Assembly (NCBI RefSeq): GCF_036321535.1
Contig: NC_087437.1
Coordinates: forward strand, 41,170,001-41,234,000
DNA: 64,000 nt
DNA from: Camelus dromedarius
Taxonomy: Eukaryota
Direction of reading: 5' to 3'
The notes beneath the pieces are model-generated. The model searched no databases. It worked only from the letters and a program-made list of their open reading frames with translations, and was not told the origin of the DNA. Of this stretch, positions 42,461 through 57,143 are shown one piece after another (positions within the stretch are counted from its first letter, which is position 1; each line of letters opens with the position of its first letter). The translations under genes were made by a program, and so were the position numbers.

Positions 42461-43282
42461 GTGGTTTGAATTAAGTGAATAAACATAATTATTTTATGGT
42501 TTCCTTCCTTCCATCCCCAGCACATAATCTATCTCTCAAAGGCATATCTTGGACACACCATGCAAACTGTTTTACTTTTTGTTCTCTTATCCTGAGAAGG
42601 CAGAGCTTACAGATAAACAAACAATAAATAACAACTGCTAAGCAGATCTAGGAAGAATGCTCAGTGGACATATTATAGCTTCCTTATTGCCTCCTTATTA
42701 ATAGTAGGAGATAATTAAATGAGTTTGAGCAAACTAAAATATGACCAACTACCTTCTTTCCCTCCCTGAACTGATCTTAGCAAATATGACACCATTGTGT
42801 AGACTGTCTGATTGTGGGATTTGTGGGCAAAGCTGGGCAAATAGGCATATTCGTGTCCAGCTATTCTGATCAATTTTAGAGATTAAATCTCAAAGAATTT
42901 TTTTTAGGGTAAAATTAGTGAAACTAGGTTGTATGTATTAAAATGGCTAAAGTCACACAAGCCTCAAATTAGTTACAAACTGTAACAAAAGGAAAACTCA
43001 AATGTGTGTTCAAACTATCCCTAAACAACCCATTTCCTAAGTGGGACACTATCTCTGCGATCTAAAATCAGACTTCCAGTTGGAAACCCCATGGGAAATG
43101 AGTCCCGGGGAAAGCACCCAACGCCAACTCTCTGAATGAGAGAACTCATGCCTACTCAGAATGGCTCTCCCTTCATTACAGCAGACCGTGACATGCTACC
43201 ACTGCCACCATCCCTGTTAGAGTAAAGCTCTAAGGGAGTTTCCAGCACGTTTAGGAATTAGTGTAAGTTAATGCAAATTTCA

Positions 43283-43450
<168 letters not shown>

Positions 43451-44629
43451 TTATTGTAATTACACTTCATGGCTTCCACTGGGTTAAGAAAGCATAAGGT
43501 GTCCCATTTGGCTGCTCTGGAATGCCATTCCTGCAAAGAAAAAGTGATCATAATACAATATATAAAACATAAACTAGTATTTTAATTTCCTCCCAAAACA
43601 ATAGAAAGGAAAGATTATTTAAAATTTTCAAACCTGAAAATTGTTGCCTGAAAATGAGGCAAACCTACATATTCTAAGCATTTTTTAAAAAATGAAGGCA
43701 GCCAGGTGGTTCAGATGTAGTTGAGAATATCCCTGTGTTTTTTTATTCAGTGGTCAAACTCATCTTTCCTACAAAAGTAGGATCGTTCTCTTGTCTGAAA
43801 GAGCTGTGGTTGTCTAGGCAATCCGGGTTAGAACAATAGAAGAGCACACTGTTTACGTTATTGGTTTGTAAGTGGCACTGCAAGCTGTCAGACTGAGGAC
43901 TATCTGCTTTTAATTAACTTCAGCAAATGCTCCCAGGAGGCTGGACATATCAGATAAATTCAATAAACAATAAGTCCTAATTTAGCACCTTTCATCCAAA
44001 AAGCTCCAAGTTTCCTATAAATATAAACTCATTACAGTACTCAGCAACTTTATAAAATAGGCAGAAAATAAACATCTCTCTCACTTAATGGATATGTAGA
44101 GACTAGAAGAGGAAAAGCAATCTATCTGCTTTTATAGTCATTTTCTAGCTTTAGAAAAACATCTATTTCCATACATTCTCCTTCTTCTTCAGAAAGTCAA
44201 CAAGAGTCACCTTATTACTTTTAAAATAATTAAATGAAAAGAATTTAGAATGACTAGCAATCAATCTCTGACTAGAAACAGAAATAAAATAAAGCCGTAA
44301 TGAAATCATGTGGTTAGTTCTGGCTTTGTCCAAATGCGCCTTCCTGACGTCAGCACCGTGTCATCAGGTCCTATGAGATACCCCACCAGGCTGCAAAATC
44401 TTTGGGCAGAAATAATGTTCTCTTTTTTTCTGTATGCCTAATTGAAACTCAATAAAAATTTATGAAATGAGTTTCATGAATGAGTTTCCAATATCTGTCC
44501 AGATTTATCTTCTTATGATTTTACAAAGGCTAAGGAAACCCTCCCATCTTCTCCAGAGTGCCAGGGGAAGTAGAGAGGTCTATCATGAGCTTTGTAAAGA
44601 AATTTAAAAGTGCCACAACAGACCCTGTT

Positions 44630-47090
44630 CCAACCCAATCAAAGCTGTAAAATTACCATATATGATAGACAGGAAGCTATCAGAGACCATGAGATCATGT
44701 TACAAAGAACTGAGGAGGCAACTTTAAGAGGTTCTCACTGGCCAGAGATGGGATAATTAGAGCATCAGTAAGAAGAAAACCTGCAATGTCTTGAAACACA
44801 TTAAGTATGCTTAACTGAATGCATTAACACAGATACCCCTCAAAAAGAACATAATTGGCACTGTTTGAAGAAAATGAACCAACTTCTTATTTTTGAGACT
44901 GGTAAATAAAGGGAAAGAATCAAGAATTTACACCACCTTTCTTATTCAAGTTTTACCGCAAGGTGATTAAATAACAGAAGAGGTAAAGCTTCTCTTCACA
45001 TAAAGCAAATAATCCACCTAATAAATGAAGAAGAGACAATAGAAATAGAATATCACTATTTCACAACCTCAAACTAAGGGATTTAGGCACCGATCATCAG
45101 TGGCTGCTAACATAAAAAAATAAGAAATAATCAGCTATGATTTGCCTCTTGATTAGCATAATACATCACCTAAGACGTAGTCTTGCCAAAAAGAAACAAA
45201 ACAAAACAAAACAAAAACCCAAACCTATGTCTCATCAAGTCCCTAGTTCCAGCTACCAATTTACAGGAGATTCAGAGGGATGAGGAACATGGTACATCAT
45301 GGGGATGTAATCAACAACAGCTAGACTGAAAAAACTCCACAGGGTAAGTGGCTCATTTGCTTCAACAAATATATATCAAGAAGGAAAAAAGAGATGCAGG
45401 TGAAATCTGCAGATTAAAATCATTTAAAAAGATATAGCAGCAAATTACAATGGACAGGACTTATCTGGATACTGATTTTTTTTTTAAGTTGTTAAAATTT
45501 TTGAAACAATCTACATTCTAGATATTTGATGACACTAAGGAAATATGGTTAACATTTTTAAAGTATGATAACGGTACTGTGGTTACATAAAAAAAAAAAA
45601 CGGTCTTATCTTTTAGAGAAACATACTGAAATACTATGGAGAAAATGATCTGATGATGGTCTCTTCTATAGAGAGTGCTCAGTCAACTGTATATCCACAT
45701 GTAAAAGAACAATGCTGAACCCTTACCTCACACCACATACAAATAATTATCTCAAAATGGATCAAAGACTTAAATATAAGAGCTAGAACTGCGAAACTAT
45801 TAGGAGAGAACATGGGGTAAATGTCCATGACCCTGGACTTGGCAATGGTCTCTTAACTATGACAGCAGCCAAACTGGATTTCATCAACATTAAAAACTTT
45901 GTGCATCAAAGGACACTATCAAAAGTGTGAAAAGACAACCCACAGAATGGGGAAAATATTTACAATATGTTTCATATTAGCATATATTTAATAAGGGTCT
46001 AGGATCCAGAATATATAAGGAATTCTTACAACTCAGCAAAAAAAAATACAAAGCACATAATTTTAAAACGGGCAAAAGACCTGAATAGACTTTTCTCTCC
46101 GAAGGATATACAAATGACTAACAATCACATGACAAGATGCTCAGTGCCAATAGCCATTCGGAAAATGCAAGTCAAAACAACGGTGAGACACCACTTCACA
46201 TCCTCTAGGGTGACTATAATTTTTACAAAAAGAAAAGCAGAAAATAATGTGTTGTTAAGAATGTGAAGAAACTGGAACCCTCATACATTGTCAGAGGGAA
46301 TGTAAAATGCTGCAGTCACTGTGGAGGACAGTTTGGTGGTTCCTCAGAAAGCTAAAACATAGACATCCCACATGACCTGGCAATTTTACTTCCAGGTATA
46401 TACCCCAAAGAACTGAAAACCAGTGTTCAAACAAAAACTTGCATATGAATGTTCAAAGCAGCACCGTTCACAGCAGACAAAAGGTGGAAATAACCAAACT
46501 GTTCATCACCAGATGAATAAACAAAACGTGGTACAGCCACACACCAGAGTATTATGCTGCTCTGAAAAAAATTAAGTACTGATGCCCGATGCAATGGATG
46601 AATCTTGACAATGTTGTGCTAACTGAAAGAAACCAGAGGGAAAAAAAGCTATATAATATATGAACATGGCCATTTATATGAAATATCCAGAATAGGCAAG
46701 TCCACAGAGACAGAAAGTAGACTGGTGGTTGCCAGGCACTAGGTGGAGGGAAGAATGGGAGTTGTGGTTTAATGGGTATGGAGTTTCCTTTTGGGGTAAT
46801 AAAATAAAAAGTTCTGGAACTAGAGAGAGTACAACATTGTGCCCTTAATCCCACTGAATTATACATTTCAAAATTATTAAGGTGGTAAGCTTCATGCTAT
46901 GTGTATTTTACCAGAGTTTTTTAAAAAAGATAATGAGATTTGTTTCAAAATACTAGAAGAAAGGAAGGAGATGGACGAGTAGATGGGGCAGGCTTGACCA
47001 CTGGTTGATCATTGTTGGGGCTAGTTTTGGGTACATGATACTGTTCTGTCTACTCTTGTATATTTTGGGGATTCTCTAGAACATAAAGAA
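44630..47090 (+). mobile_element. Ancient L1ME-like 3' UTR interrupted by a younger L1MB-like 3' piece (about 45656-46929)
   Basis: Inner piece has L1 ORF2-end and 3' UTR motifs (ggatttcatcaacattaaaaacttt; agactggtggttgccagg); host resumes at gagatttgtttcaaaata. Ends approximate. Confidence 0.7.
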
Positions 47091-48686
47091 AATCGTATTT
47101 ACATAAATCATGGTTCAACAGCAGCAGGACGGACCAAAGAAACATCCTCGATAGAAAGAAAAGAACAGTTGCTCAAGTGAACAAAATCCTTCTGCTCTTT
47201 CTCCAAATCCTTTGAAAAACAGCAGTGACCAGACCTCCTACGAATGCATCCATTGCTCCTGTATCAGCTGGAGAGAATGTCCCGCCGCTGAGCTCTGTTA
47301 GGCCACGTAATTACAGTTCCCGAGGAGAGCAGTGGAAGCCCAGTGACTCCAGGCTTTCAAAATTAGATTGGACAAAATACTTTCAAATATTCGGTAGGAA
47401 ACAATCCTGCTCTAGCCAGGCACTAATGTCAGTGATTTCTATAATTTGCTTCTTCATTCAGCTCCAGCTGAAGGCTGCTAAATTCTTTTCATCTCACTAT
47501 GGAACAAAATGATTGTTAAATTATGTAATGAGTTTTTTTTTTTTTTAAGAAAAAGGAAGAAAGAAACCAGCATTTGCTAGTAATCGGTTCCTGCAGCCGC
47601 ACAGCAACACTGATAATTACAGCCACTGCACAGCGGGGACCCTCCCTCACCACAAGTAAACTCATCACATTAATAAACAGAAACAGGGCTCAACATGCCA
47701 AGCCCAGCAGCGATAAGTCAATAACTTCACATCTCACAAGCAAGAAATAATGCATCATTAATATTCTCCCTGAAAGAAAGTTCTCAAAGAGCTGACACTG
47801 GGGCAACAACACTTGCTAACATTTCCTGAGAAGATACCATGTGCTAGGCACTGGGCTAAGTGATTTGCAGCTATGGTTTCATTAATTCTTCTCCCCCTCA
47901 ATGCCCTTCTCTTTATTTATTTGGAAGTGAAGCCTAGCTATGGTCTGCAGCCTCACCCATGCTATAGATACTCATGAAGTCACTCGAGCCGAGTGGAAAG
48001 CGTGATGCTTCCTTGAGTGCCAGCTATATGACCTGGGCACATTCCTAACCCCACTGGGCTCCGCACCCTGCCACCATCTCTACAAAAACAAAATAAAAGC
48101 ATCAGCCTTATATGTCTGATGTGAACACTGTGTCTACCAGAATGGAAAGCTTCTGGTAGCCAGAAATCTCAAACTGTATTTATTACTTATCCATTCTTTG
48201 GTCTGCTTGCATTTATAAAAAAGAAAGTTTCCAATTTGTAAGATAGCATTAATAGCTCCCCAAGATCCACTTCACCAGGATGGTGAAGAAATGGCTGAAA
48301 GGACACCTATAAAGGGCAGTGGGCACATATGTTTCTAAACTTTCTGTTAATGAAAAAGCACCAAGCACTCATGTCTATTTTTCAAGCTTGTATCACACAG
48401 CAGGGAGACACAGTGGTGCATTCCAGGACACTGGATCTTTTTATTTGGAAGGCTGAAAGACAGTGGGAGAGGTTTAAAAGGAATTTTACATTCAAAATTC
48501 TCACTCAGTATCACCTACATAACTGGGTCAGAAAATGAAATACGCATGCCTGTCACTTGAGAAGAGAGCAGGAAGGTTAAGTTGAAGGTGAGGACAGAAC
48601 TGTGCTCAGGCACGATGCGGGCTGGGCCCGGGCCTGATCCTAGCCCTGGAACCGTGTCGAGGAGGAGATATTTAACAAGCAGCACA

Positions 48687-48861
48687 TAAACAACAAAGTC
48701 CTACTTTACAGTACAGGTAACTATATTCAACACCCTATGACAGCCTATCATAAAAAAAGACTATGAAAAAGAATATATATATATAACTGAATCGCTATGC
48801 TGTACACCAGAAACTAACACAACATTGTAAATCGACTATACTTCAAAAAAAATAAAATAAA
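48687..48861 (+). mobile_element. Short L1 3' end (cetartiodactyl-type) with A tail
   Basis: ctgtacaccagaaactaacacaacattgtaaatcgactatacttcaaaaaaaa; TSD aagcagcaca (48677-48686) / aagtagcaca (48862-48871). Confidence 0.8.
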
Positions 48862-51631
48862 AAGTAGCACAGTGTGTAGTTTGACCCAGTTATTAGGGAA
48901 AGGGTTGCTTGGATTATCGGACATAGGTAGTTATTTCTATCTAAATTAAAAACGTTAATTTTTAAAAACAAAGATTTCTAACACATTTCACAGTTTGCAT
49001 TGTTGTTTACCACATATTTTTGTCTGACCAGCAGGATGTTTTCTCTTGGAGGTTGTTGGGTGAGGGGGAGCTTATTATGCCCTCCTGCACTCTCCCTCTC
49101 CTTCAGGACAGTATTTAAGAAAAAGGTCTTTGGCCTCAGCTGATCCCAGGAGTTCCAGAAGAACTGAGTCCTCCCCCTAACTGGGAGGGACATGGGTTTG
49201 GAATCAGCAGATGTGGTCACTTCTAACTTGCCCTTTCCAACCCCAGCCGCCTCTGAAAGAATTTTAAAAGGTTTACGCTCAGAGCCAGTCTGAAGAGGCT
49301 TAGGGTGATTTCTGGGGTCCCTGTGGTATTCACTCACTTGCTAGTTAATTGGCTTTAAGTTTCTGTAACAAGAAACAAGGCTTTAAGGTATTTTAAAACT
49401 GCAGGACTAGCCCAGAATATCTTGACAGGAACACATTCTTCCCAAATAGCACTTAGTCAGTCAGTCACAAGAATAAATGACTCCTAACAGATTCCTTCTC
49501 TTTTATAGTAAAAGGAGGTGGGGGAGGGGAGAGACAGGAGAGAGGACGAGGAGGGAACAGGAGCCTGAAGGTCCAAATGAAAGAAGTTTGCACCAAGAAA
49601 TCAAAGGGGCACCCTAAGAAAAGGAGAGGAGAGAGAAACTTTCAAGAATTCACAGCTCTGCAAAGGATCAGCTTACTGACCTTGAAGGTCCAGAAACATC
49701 GCAAGGCACAGGATATTTTTATCATGGGTAGCTGGGAATAGCTGCAGATCCCAACTGCATGATTTATGAAGGTGTAAACAAAACCCCAACTCAGTACGTT
49801 GTTACAGAATGCTGCTTTCATTTGCCAAAGGTAGTTTAAGTCCCACAATATAAAATATGTGTGTACAGAAGTACAAAAATTGGTAGGTATACATTTATTA
49901 TTTCAATCAACTGATGCAAAGGTAAAGTAAAACGTCTAGGAATTTCAAATTTGGAAAAGCAAGCTAAACAAGCTAAGCATTCATCTTTAAAATAGCATGT
50001 ATTTGGGGGGCGGGGAGGGGAACTCCTCCTCCTTCTGAATTGTTTTTGGACTTGGAGAACATTTGAACTACAAATTCTAAGTCTTGCAAAGATATAAAGA
50101 TGAGCCCCAAGGATGTGAAGTCCCAGATTTTGTCAATAGTTTCTGGATATGAACAACTTTGTATCTTGAGAATGACAATCATAGTTTGAATATACTGAGC
50201 CAACTGATATTTTTAGCAACAAGAAGCCTGCCCAAAGGATAACCCCTCTAGAAACGCTCCATAGTTGCCCAGGTCTAAGGAGACAGTCATCTCAGAGCCA
50301 GCACGGCAGCATTTAAGGAACAAGAGTAGTTAGCTGCACCTTGTATTTGGTTGCTGGTACTCAAATTTCTCAGTATGCACACAAGATCTTCTGGAGAGTT
50401 TTTCCTGTTAGGGGTAAGTCATTATATGTCCATTTGAGCCACAAAATCAGTCACAGAAACTAACCTTATAGACTATAAGAAATTTACAACTCTGCCTCTC
50501 AGAATGTTCTACCCAAACAGAAGAATTTGGAGTAAGGATAACGAAGCAAGTTTTTTTGACAAGTTGAAAATAGGAAAAAAGAAAAAAACAAAACACTAGA
50601 CCTAGAGGACTTAGGACTAAGATACTTGGTGGTTGAGAATTTTGAGAAGTGCAACGTAAACAGGAACATAGATTTGGGCTCAAAATTCATCCAGAAGAGG
50701 AATCAGAGGGTAGTGCCATTAACATCAGCAGAGTGACTTTGGCCATATGTGAAGTCTTCCTTTTGCTAAGGTGAAAGCAGTTTAAGCATAGTTCAAATGA
50801 AATTCACTGGGATAAAATAAGTCATTTTCATATTCTTGTCACAGAATCAATCACCCATTAATTCATAAAAATGGCTCCATTAAAGCTCAACTCAAGCTCA
50901 GCTGCAAAGGATTAAATCAGATGTAGCTTAAGCTCTGTGTTTGTATCTAAGTAACTTACATTGTGTGTCTATAGGTCACACAATGGGGCAGCTCCAAGAT
51001 GGGGAGACTGTTAACAATCACTCCTCTTACTATTTTAGGCACTGCTTCTATAGTTACCAAATTCAGCTTTTAAAAATTTCTACTCACAAATAATAAGATT
51101 CAATCATTTTCCCCAGACAAGTGACTTAGGCTATATATGAAGGAGGGAATTAGTAATAAAAGTGTCAAATACTAATTAAATGTGCCTCCCCACCCTCCAT
51201 GAAAGCCTCACTTCTGATGCATAGAATCAGGAAATGAGTAAATTCCAGTGAATGGTTCAGAAGACTCAGCTACAGCTGATTGGATTGTTAATGGCACTAC
51301 CTGCAACACTTTCTCAAAACAACCAAAAATGTTATTAGGCATGATTTTTGCCAAATCAAGATGCTACAGCAATGTAAGTCCAAACTATAATAAACTTAGG
51401 TTTGGGGGCTGTGGCCAACAGCACTGCAGATTCTAGAAAGGAGCCCTCACTGGTGAGTGCATGACATCTTGGTTCATCTCAGAATCTCGTTCCCAGATCT
51501 CACACGGGGAATGGACTAGTAGCATCAGTGGAGCAGGCATGGAAGACAGCAGGCAGTGATGGGGCCTCCCGTGCGAGCGGGAGTGGGCACCCGCCCTCTA
51601 AACAGCTGCTCTACTGCGCTAATGTACTGCT

Positions 51632-51730
51632 CTTTGTTTCTTTGTTTTTAACAGAGGTACTGGGGGCTGAACCCAGGACCTTGTGCTTGCTAAGCATGCA
51701 CTCTACCACGGACCTATCCCTACACCCCTC
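51632..51730 (-). mobile_element. tRNA-Ala-derived Vic-1-like SINE, short form
   Basis: Perfect 13-bp TSD ctaatgtactgct (51619-51631 and 51731-51743); tRNA-like body followed directly by an A-rich tail. Confidence 0.92.
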
Positions 51731-53129
51731 CTAATGTACTGCTACTATTCGGAATTTTGAGCCCAAGGTTTCCAAATCATTTGATTTTTCAAAATCTTTC
51801 ACGGAATCCAGACTTTTGTCTGGAAACAGCTCAATTTTTTTTTCCTAATGTTGGCATAATTAAAACACCACTACCTTATGTGGACCAAACTAGCCACATT
51901 TACCTGGGCAGTAACTGGCTTCTGGGCTGCCAGTTTGAACTCAGACCTGGTCCAAAGTTATCATTTTTTTATAGGGAAGAAACAAAGTGCAGAGATGCTG
52001 CCTCTGCCAAGGTGAGAATCCAGGTCTCTGGATTCCAGGCTGGGCTTCAGCCAACTGCTAGATGTTTGTCCCTAAAACGCATACAATATAATTTCCTAAA
52101 TCTTAGCTCTGCAAGTCTTCACTGAGACAGTCTAATGAATGGCTTACTGCATCATTTCAGTACAATAATCTGCTCTCTTACTTGACCAACCCACATTTTG
52201 GAAGCTAATCAGACATTTATTTCCTAAGATATTCTAAGCCCCGTGATTGTTGGGGTGGTATCAAAAGACACAGCGAAATATGTGTGGTTTTGCCTTCTAA
52301 CTTTAGGAAATTATCTCATTTAATAGACGGGGCTCCTCACTCCAGTGTCTGAATGGCAGGGAGCAAAGTGGAGAGCCTCTCTTTGCTGAGACGCAGCGGA
52401 AGAAGATGGCAGTGTTGTGTGTCAGAGAACGCCTTGTTTCTGAGAGATCAGAATCTTTATTGAAAGAGCTCCCTTTTTTGATTTCCGGATCAGGCCCCAA
52501 GCAGTTGATAAGGGAGAATTACTTGGCCATTATCAGAAGTAGTTGTATTTCCACAAAGAGCTGGTACTAAACAAGAGTTTATCTCCACAACAAGACCGAT
52601 AGAATTCACACAGATGATGATTCAATCAGACACCTGAAACAGCCCATGTAATTGGCTGGTGTAATATGTGCAAACCTCTGTCCTCCAGCCACAGCAAAAG
52701 AAATACCTGGGGAATCATTCCTGCGGCCTGAAAACTGGGAATGAATGGTAGATAGAGCTGCTCTTGCTTGCTCCAGGCTCTGTCTCTATATAACCCATAA
52801 TAATATTTTTATATATGTAATCCTAACAGAATGCCATTAGTCCAAAGAGTTGACTATCTGTGACCTTTGCAATTATTTGCTAAAACACTCCTAAAGGGTT
52901 TAATGTACTTTTCAAAGCTTATTTCTTAGGATGAAGAAAATGCTATCTACTTAGCAGCTAACAGGTCTTGCTAACCTCTTTGAAAGTTGGGGAAACTGAC
53001 AAACTGAATGGTGAACTCAAAATAAATTTGTTTAAACACAAAGCTTCAGTCCTATTTGGAACACCAACTTTTGAATTATTTTTCACAACTACTGGAACTG
53101 TTTTTCACAACGAAAAGGAGAAACTTGTA

Positions 53130-53380
53130 GAGTTCAAGGGCTTGATTCTAGCATCAGGCAGCTTGGGGTTAGCTAATACACTGGCTTCATCACTTACCTC
53201 TTTGAGACCTCAGGCAAACTTCTTAACTTCTCTGAGCCTAATTTCCTCATCCGTACAGTGGTGATAATGAGAACAGCTAATTTGTAGAGTGGTTGTAAAG
53301 TTCCAGTGAAATAATATGACAATGTAACCAAATAAAGTACTTGGCACATGAACAGTAGGTGATCAATATTCCTTGCCATT
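53130..53380 (+). mobile_element. MIR SINE
   Basis: ggcaaacttcttaacttctctgagcctaatttcctcatccgtac. Confidence 0.7.
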
Positions 53381-53869
53381 GTAGCTAACACAAAATGGCC
53401 CAAATGTAGTGAGTCAGAGGCCTTGGAACAAGTACACACTATTATATTCCATAACCAAGTTCCCACCAATATTGTAATCTGGTATTAGTTCCCCAGCTAT
53501 TAAGTTTCTGTTCTGCCTTTCATTCTTCTAAGTTCCTCTTTGGTTTGTCATCAAATAGAAGAACTAGAAAAAGAAATGATGCTCTTGTACTCAGGAGGCA
53601 TTCATAGCTTTGTATTTTTATCCCCAGTGACATATAAGCTAATGGATGGTTGCTGGTGCGGACGGTCAGAACAGTCCTCTGCGTGGTCACAAACCTGACA
53701 TATGTGAGGCCCTCTGTCTTCCAAGCAGAATATGGGGCCTCTAACTGCTGCATTTTGCTACTGCATTTGTTTGTAGTTAGGGAAAATGGAATGTGAAGGC
53801 AGTGCTCTGCCCCACGTGCCCAGGTTTGGAAGTGATCACTCCTTACAATGCCCCTTTGCCAACTTCAGG

Positions 53870-54432
53870 AAGGGCATCCGTTTGCAGAAACAATTTCCTA
53901 ACCGGTCTTCCTGCTTCTACTCTGGCCCTCATCTGGTCTAGTCTCAACCCAGTAACCAGAGGGACCCCTTTACTCTGTGGGTCAGATTCTACCCCTGCAC
54001 CTTCAAAACCCTCCTGTGGCCCCCTCCTCACTCAGAGTAAAAGCCGACATCCTGCCAATGTGCTGTAAAGCCCTGCCTGCTCTGGCCCTGGGTCTCACCT
54101 CCCACATCTTCTGGTCACACTCACCTTGTTGTTATTCCTGGAAAATACCAGGACTGGAATGCCCTTCCTCGAGTTCTCCACGGCGGGGCTTCCCCTGACC
54201 ACCACAACTCCTTTCTGCGTCCTCATTAACCTTTCCTTGCTCTTCCAGCATTCTCAATAGTTTCCTGACTTATTACGTGTATTGTTTGTGGTCTGTAGCA
54301 AGGATGTAAGCTGCATGCAAGTAGGGCCGTTCATCGGTTTTGTTCACCAACATATCCTAAGTGTCTGGAAGAGTGCCTTGTGCCTAGCAAGTGCTTGATA
54401 TGTGTTTGTTGGATGAATGAATGAGTGAATGA
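53870..54432 (+). mobile_element. L2 LINE 3' part
   Basis: cactcagagtaaaagcc... ending in tgtttgttggatgaatgaatgagtgaatgaa. Confidence 0.75.
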
Positions 54433-55333
54433 AAAAATGAACACATGCACATGTAGGCTCTTGGTTCCCAGCAATCACAGCCATCTCCACGGGAAGAGCA
54501 ACTGGCCAGAGTGAGAACTGGTGGGTGGCGACTCATTTCCAGGGCATAAAACCTCCCGTGTGTGCCATGCATGCAAACAGCCTTCCTGCTTTCTCCCAGT
54601 GCTGTCTGAACTGAAAATGGAGTGTAGCTTTTGCTCATTTAAAAAAAGCCAAAACTTCCAGTGCCTTTCACAGAACCTCAGGTCAAACTAAACGGTCACG
54701 TTTCAGAATATCTGCATTCTTGTCCTCTGTCCATCTATTAATGAGCTCAGAGGCCCTGAGAAAGACAATGAGCTTCACTAAGATCCAGTAAAATAAATGA
54801 CAACTAATTTTCTTTCCAGCCTAAAAAAAATCTCAGCATTAGGAAAAAGGTGAAAACAAGTCAGGCTCTCCTTGACCACTCCTCTCCTTCCTTAGCCACT
54901 GATTTGCAAAGAAATACCCCAATTTTAGTAGTACAACCTAACAAGAAAACTGTCCTATCTGGCCCATCACTCAAAGGACTGATATTAATAGTCAGGGGTG
55001 ACTCATCTGGAAATAGTTGCACTACCTCAGGTGATAAGCCGGAGGTGGTTCCAAGGCTCTATTAACGCCGTCTTTTAATCTGGAGCTATAGCTCTGAACA
55101 AACAAAAAGCACTTCTGCAGACAGCATCGAAACAGCCACCTTTCTCCACTTGTCACCTGCTGCAGCTTATGGCAAGGCAGGGGTCATTGCTACAGTGCTA
55201 GATCCTTGATCATGTAGCAGAACTTTGGTAACACAGAGATGTCCCAACTTGAGCCATCTCACCATGTCCTGCTGAACCTGCAGGCCACGGGGAAACTAAG
55301 CTTTCAAAAGTACCCATAGCAATGATTGGCTTG

Positions 55334-55349
55334 AACAATAATAATAGCA

Positions 55350-55383
<34 letters not shown>

Positions 55384-55399
55384 CAACAACAACAATAAC
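55334..55399. repeat. Compound (AAT)n(AAC)n microsatellite
   Basis: Seen directly; it produces the spurious poly-N and poly-L ORFs. Confidence 0.95.
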
Positions 55400-56565
55400 C
55401 AGGTTTGGACCAATACTATCACTTTTATTCATAAAACAACTATTCATATTTTATCCATAAAACAACCACCAATGATTTATAAAAACTCATCATCTCTAAG
55501 TTAGGCTACTAAATTTTTTCTCAACAAATTTCTTAAATTAGCTATTTGCATTTTTAATGTGTTTATTATAACTTAAAAAAACTGATATAGTCAAGTTTCG
55601 TAGTTAAGCCCTTACTGTAATGTCTCTTTCTTTAGTATTACAGAAATACTACTTTTACATTTTTAAATTTCACATTTACATCTACTATACAGTTAAGAGG
55701 CCACAACTAAAATCTTACTGTAACTCTTTCAGAAATCACATAAAAATATATAAAATCAATGTGACCATACAAAGTGGGTTTATTTACCTTGAAGTATATT
55801 TTTATTTTAAATTTAGAGATGGGTCTTATAGGGAAAAAAATTCTCAGCAGCTCTTTTCACTTCCAAATATTCTTCTATTGAATATCAAATTACATGAAAA
55901 TCTTGTTATTTTTCTGAGCTAACATTATCGTATCCTTTTTGGTCACCAGTTGCATTCACTGTATAAATTTTATCTCAGCTGGACTATAGGTGTCTGATGT
56001 CTTAAGAGAGTAACTTCTAGCCAAGATTGAGGTCTTTGAGAAGTTATCCATGAAATGGTGGTCACTGGGTCCACACAGGTTAGTACATAATTTGGCATAT
56101 AGTTAGCACTGGATAATTCAGTGAATTTTGTGTTAGACACATATTAAGACCTCTGGAAAATGAGCAAGACACTTAGTGGTTAAACAGTATTTTTAGAGCC
56201 ATTAATCCAACAACAACATATGGAATGAGAAGAGATGAGAGCAAGAGAGAGAGAAGAAGAAACAGGGGGTATTACAAAATCTAGGCTTCCACTGACTGGG
56301 CCCATACTAATGGGGTGGTTATAAAATTGGCAAAGGAGGTCAAATTAAGGCAGCATTGTAAACCTGTCAATGGAACTAAGCAATAAAACTTCCAATGGCA
56401 GATATTGGAAAGGTGAGAGGAGCAATCTGGGCTGCGCAGGGATAGGAATAGTGGTTTTGGTATTAAACTTACTAAATTTGTTTTTAGTGGAACAGCCAAC
56501 TAGAGCTGTCTCATAGACTGTCAGAGATACAGGATTGGGGCAAGCGGCTAGGTAGACGGAGAACA

Positions 56566-56640
56566 GAAAGGAAAGGAAAGGAAAGGAAAGGAAAGGAAAG
56601 GAAAGGAAAGGAAAGGAAAGGAAAGGAAAGGAAAGGAAAG
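56566..56640. repeat. Perfect (GAAAG)15 microsatellite
   Basis: Counted directly. Confidence 0.95.
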
Positions 56641-56655
56641 GAACCTTTGAGAGTT

Positions 56656-56979
56656 TAGTTGGCCTTCCTTAGCCACAGGCTCTGCATTCACAGATTCAAC
56701 CAATGAGATGGAAAATATTCAGAAAAAAAAATTGCAGAAAGTTGCAAAAATCAAAATTTAAATTTGCCCACAAGTCACCAACTATCTATGTAGCATTTAT
56801 AGCTATTTACATAGCATTTATATTATATTAGGTGTTATAAGTTATGTAGAGATAAAGTACATGGGAAGATGTGTACAGTGTTATATGCAAATAGTATACC
56901 ATTTTATATAAGAGATTTGGGCATTTTGCTATCCAGGTGGTCCTAGAATCAGTTCCCCTCAGAAACCGAGGGATGACTG
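56656..56979. mobile_element. Tigger3a/MER7-like non-autonomous TcMar-Tigger DNA transposon
   Basis: Left end agttggccttcc...cagattcaaccaa...gaaaatattcagaaaaaaaa; right end ccgagggatgactg followed by TA. Confidence 0.75.
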
Positions 56980-57143
56980 TACCTACAGAGTATCAGATAC
57001 TGTCATAGGTGTTTTACTCGTGGAGTCTGAATTTAAATTTCAGTCATCCACACATTAGTGATAGACAAGGAGAAAGATTCACGCAGCGCTTGGTTAGACC
57101 CCCAGCTCCACCATTTCCAGCCAGACCACAGGGCAGTTTATTT

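Noticed and set aside
55210..55504. Poly-Leu and poly-Asn ORFs
   Set aside because: Translation of an AAT/AAC microsatellite.
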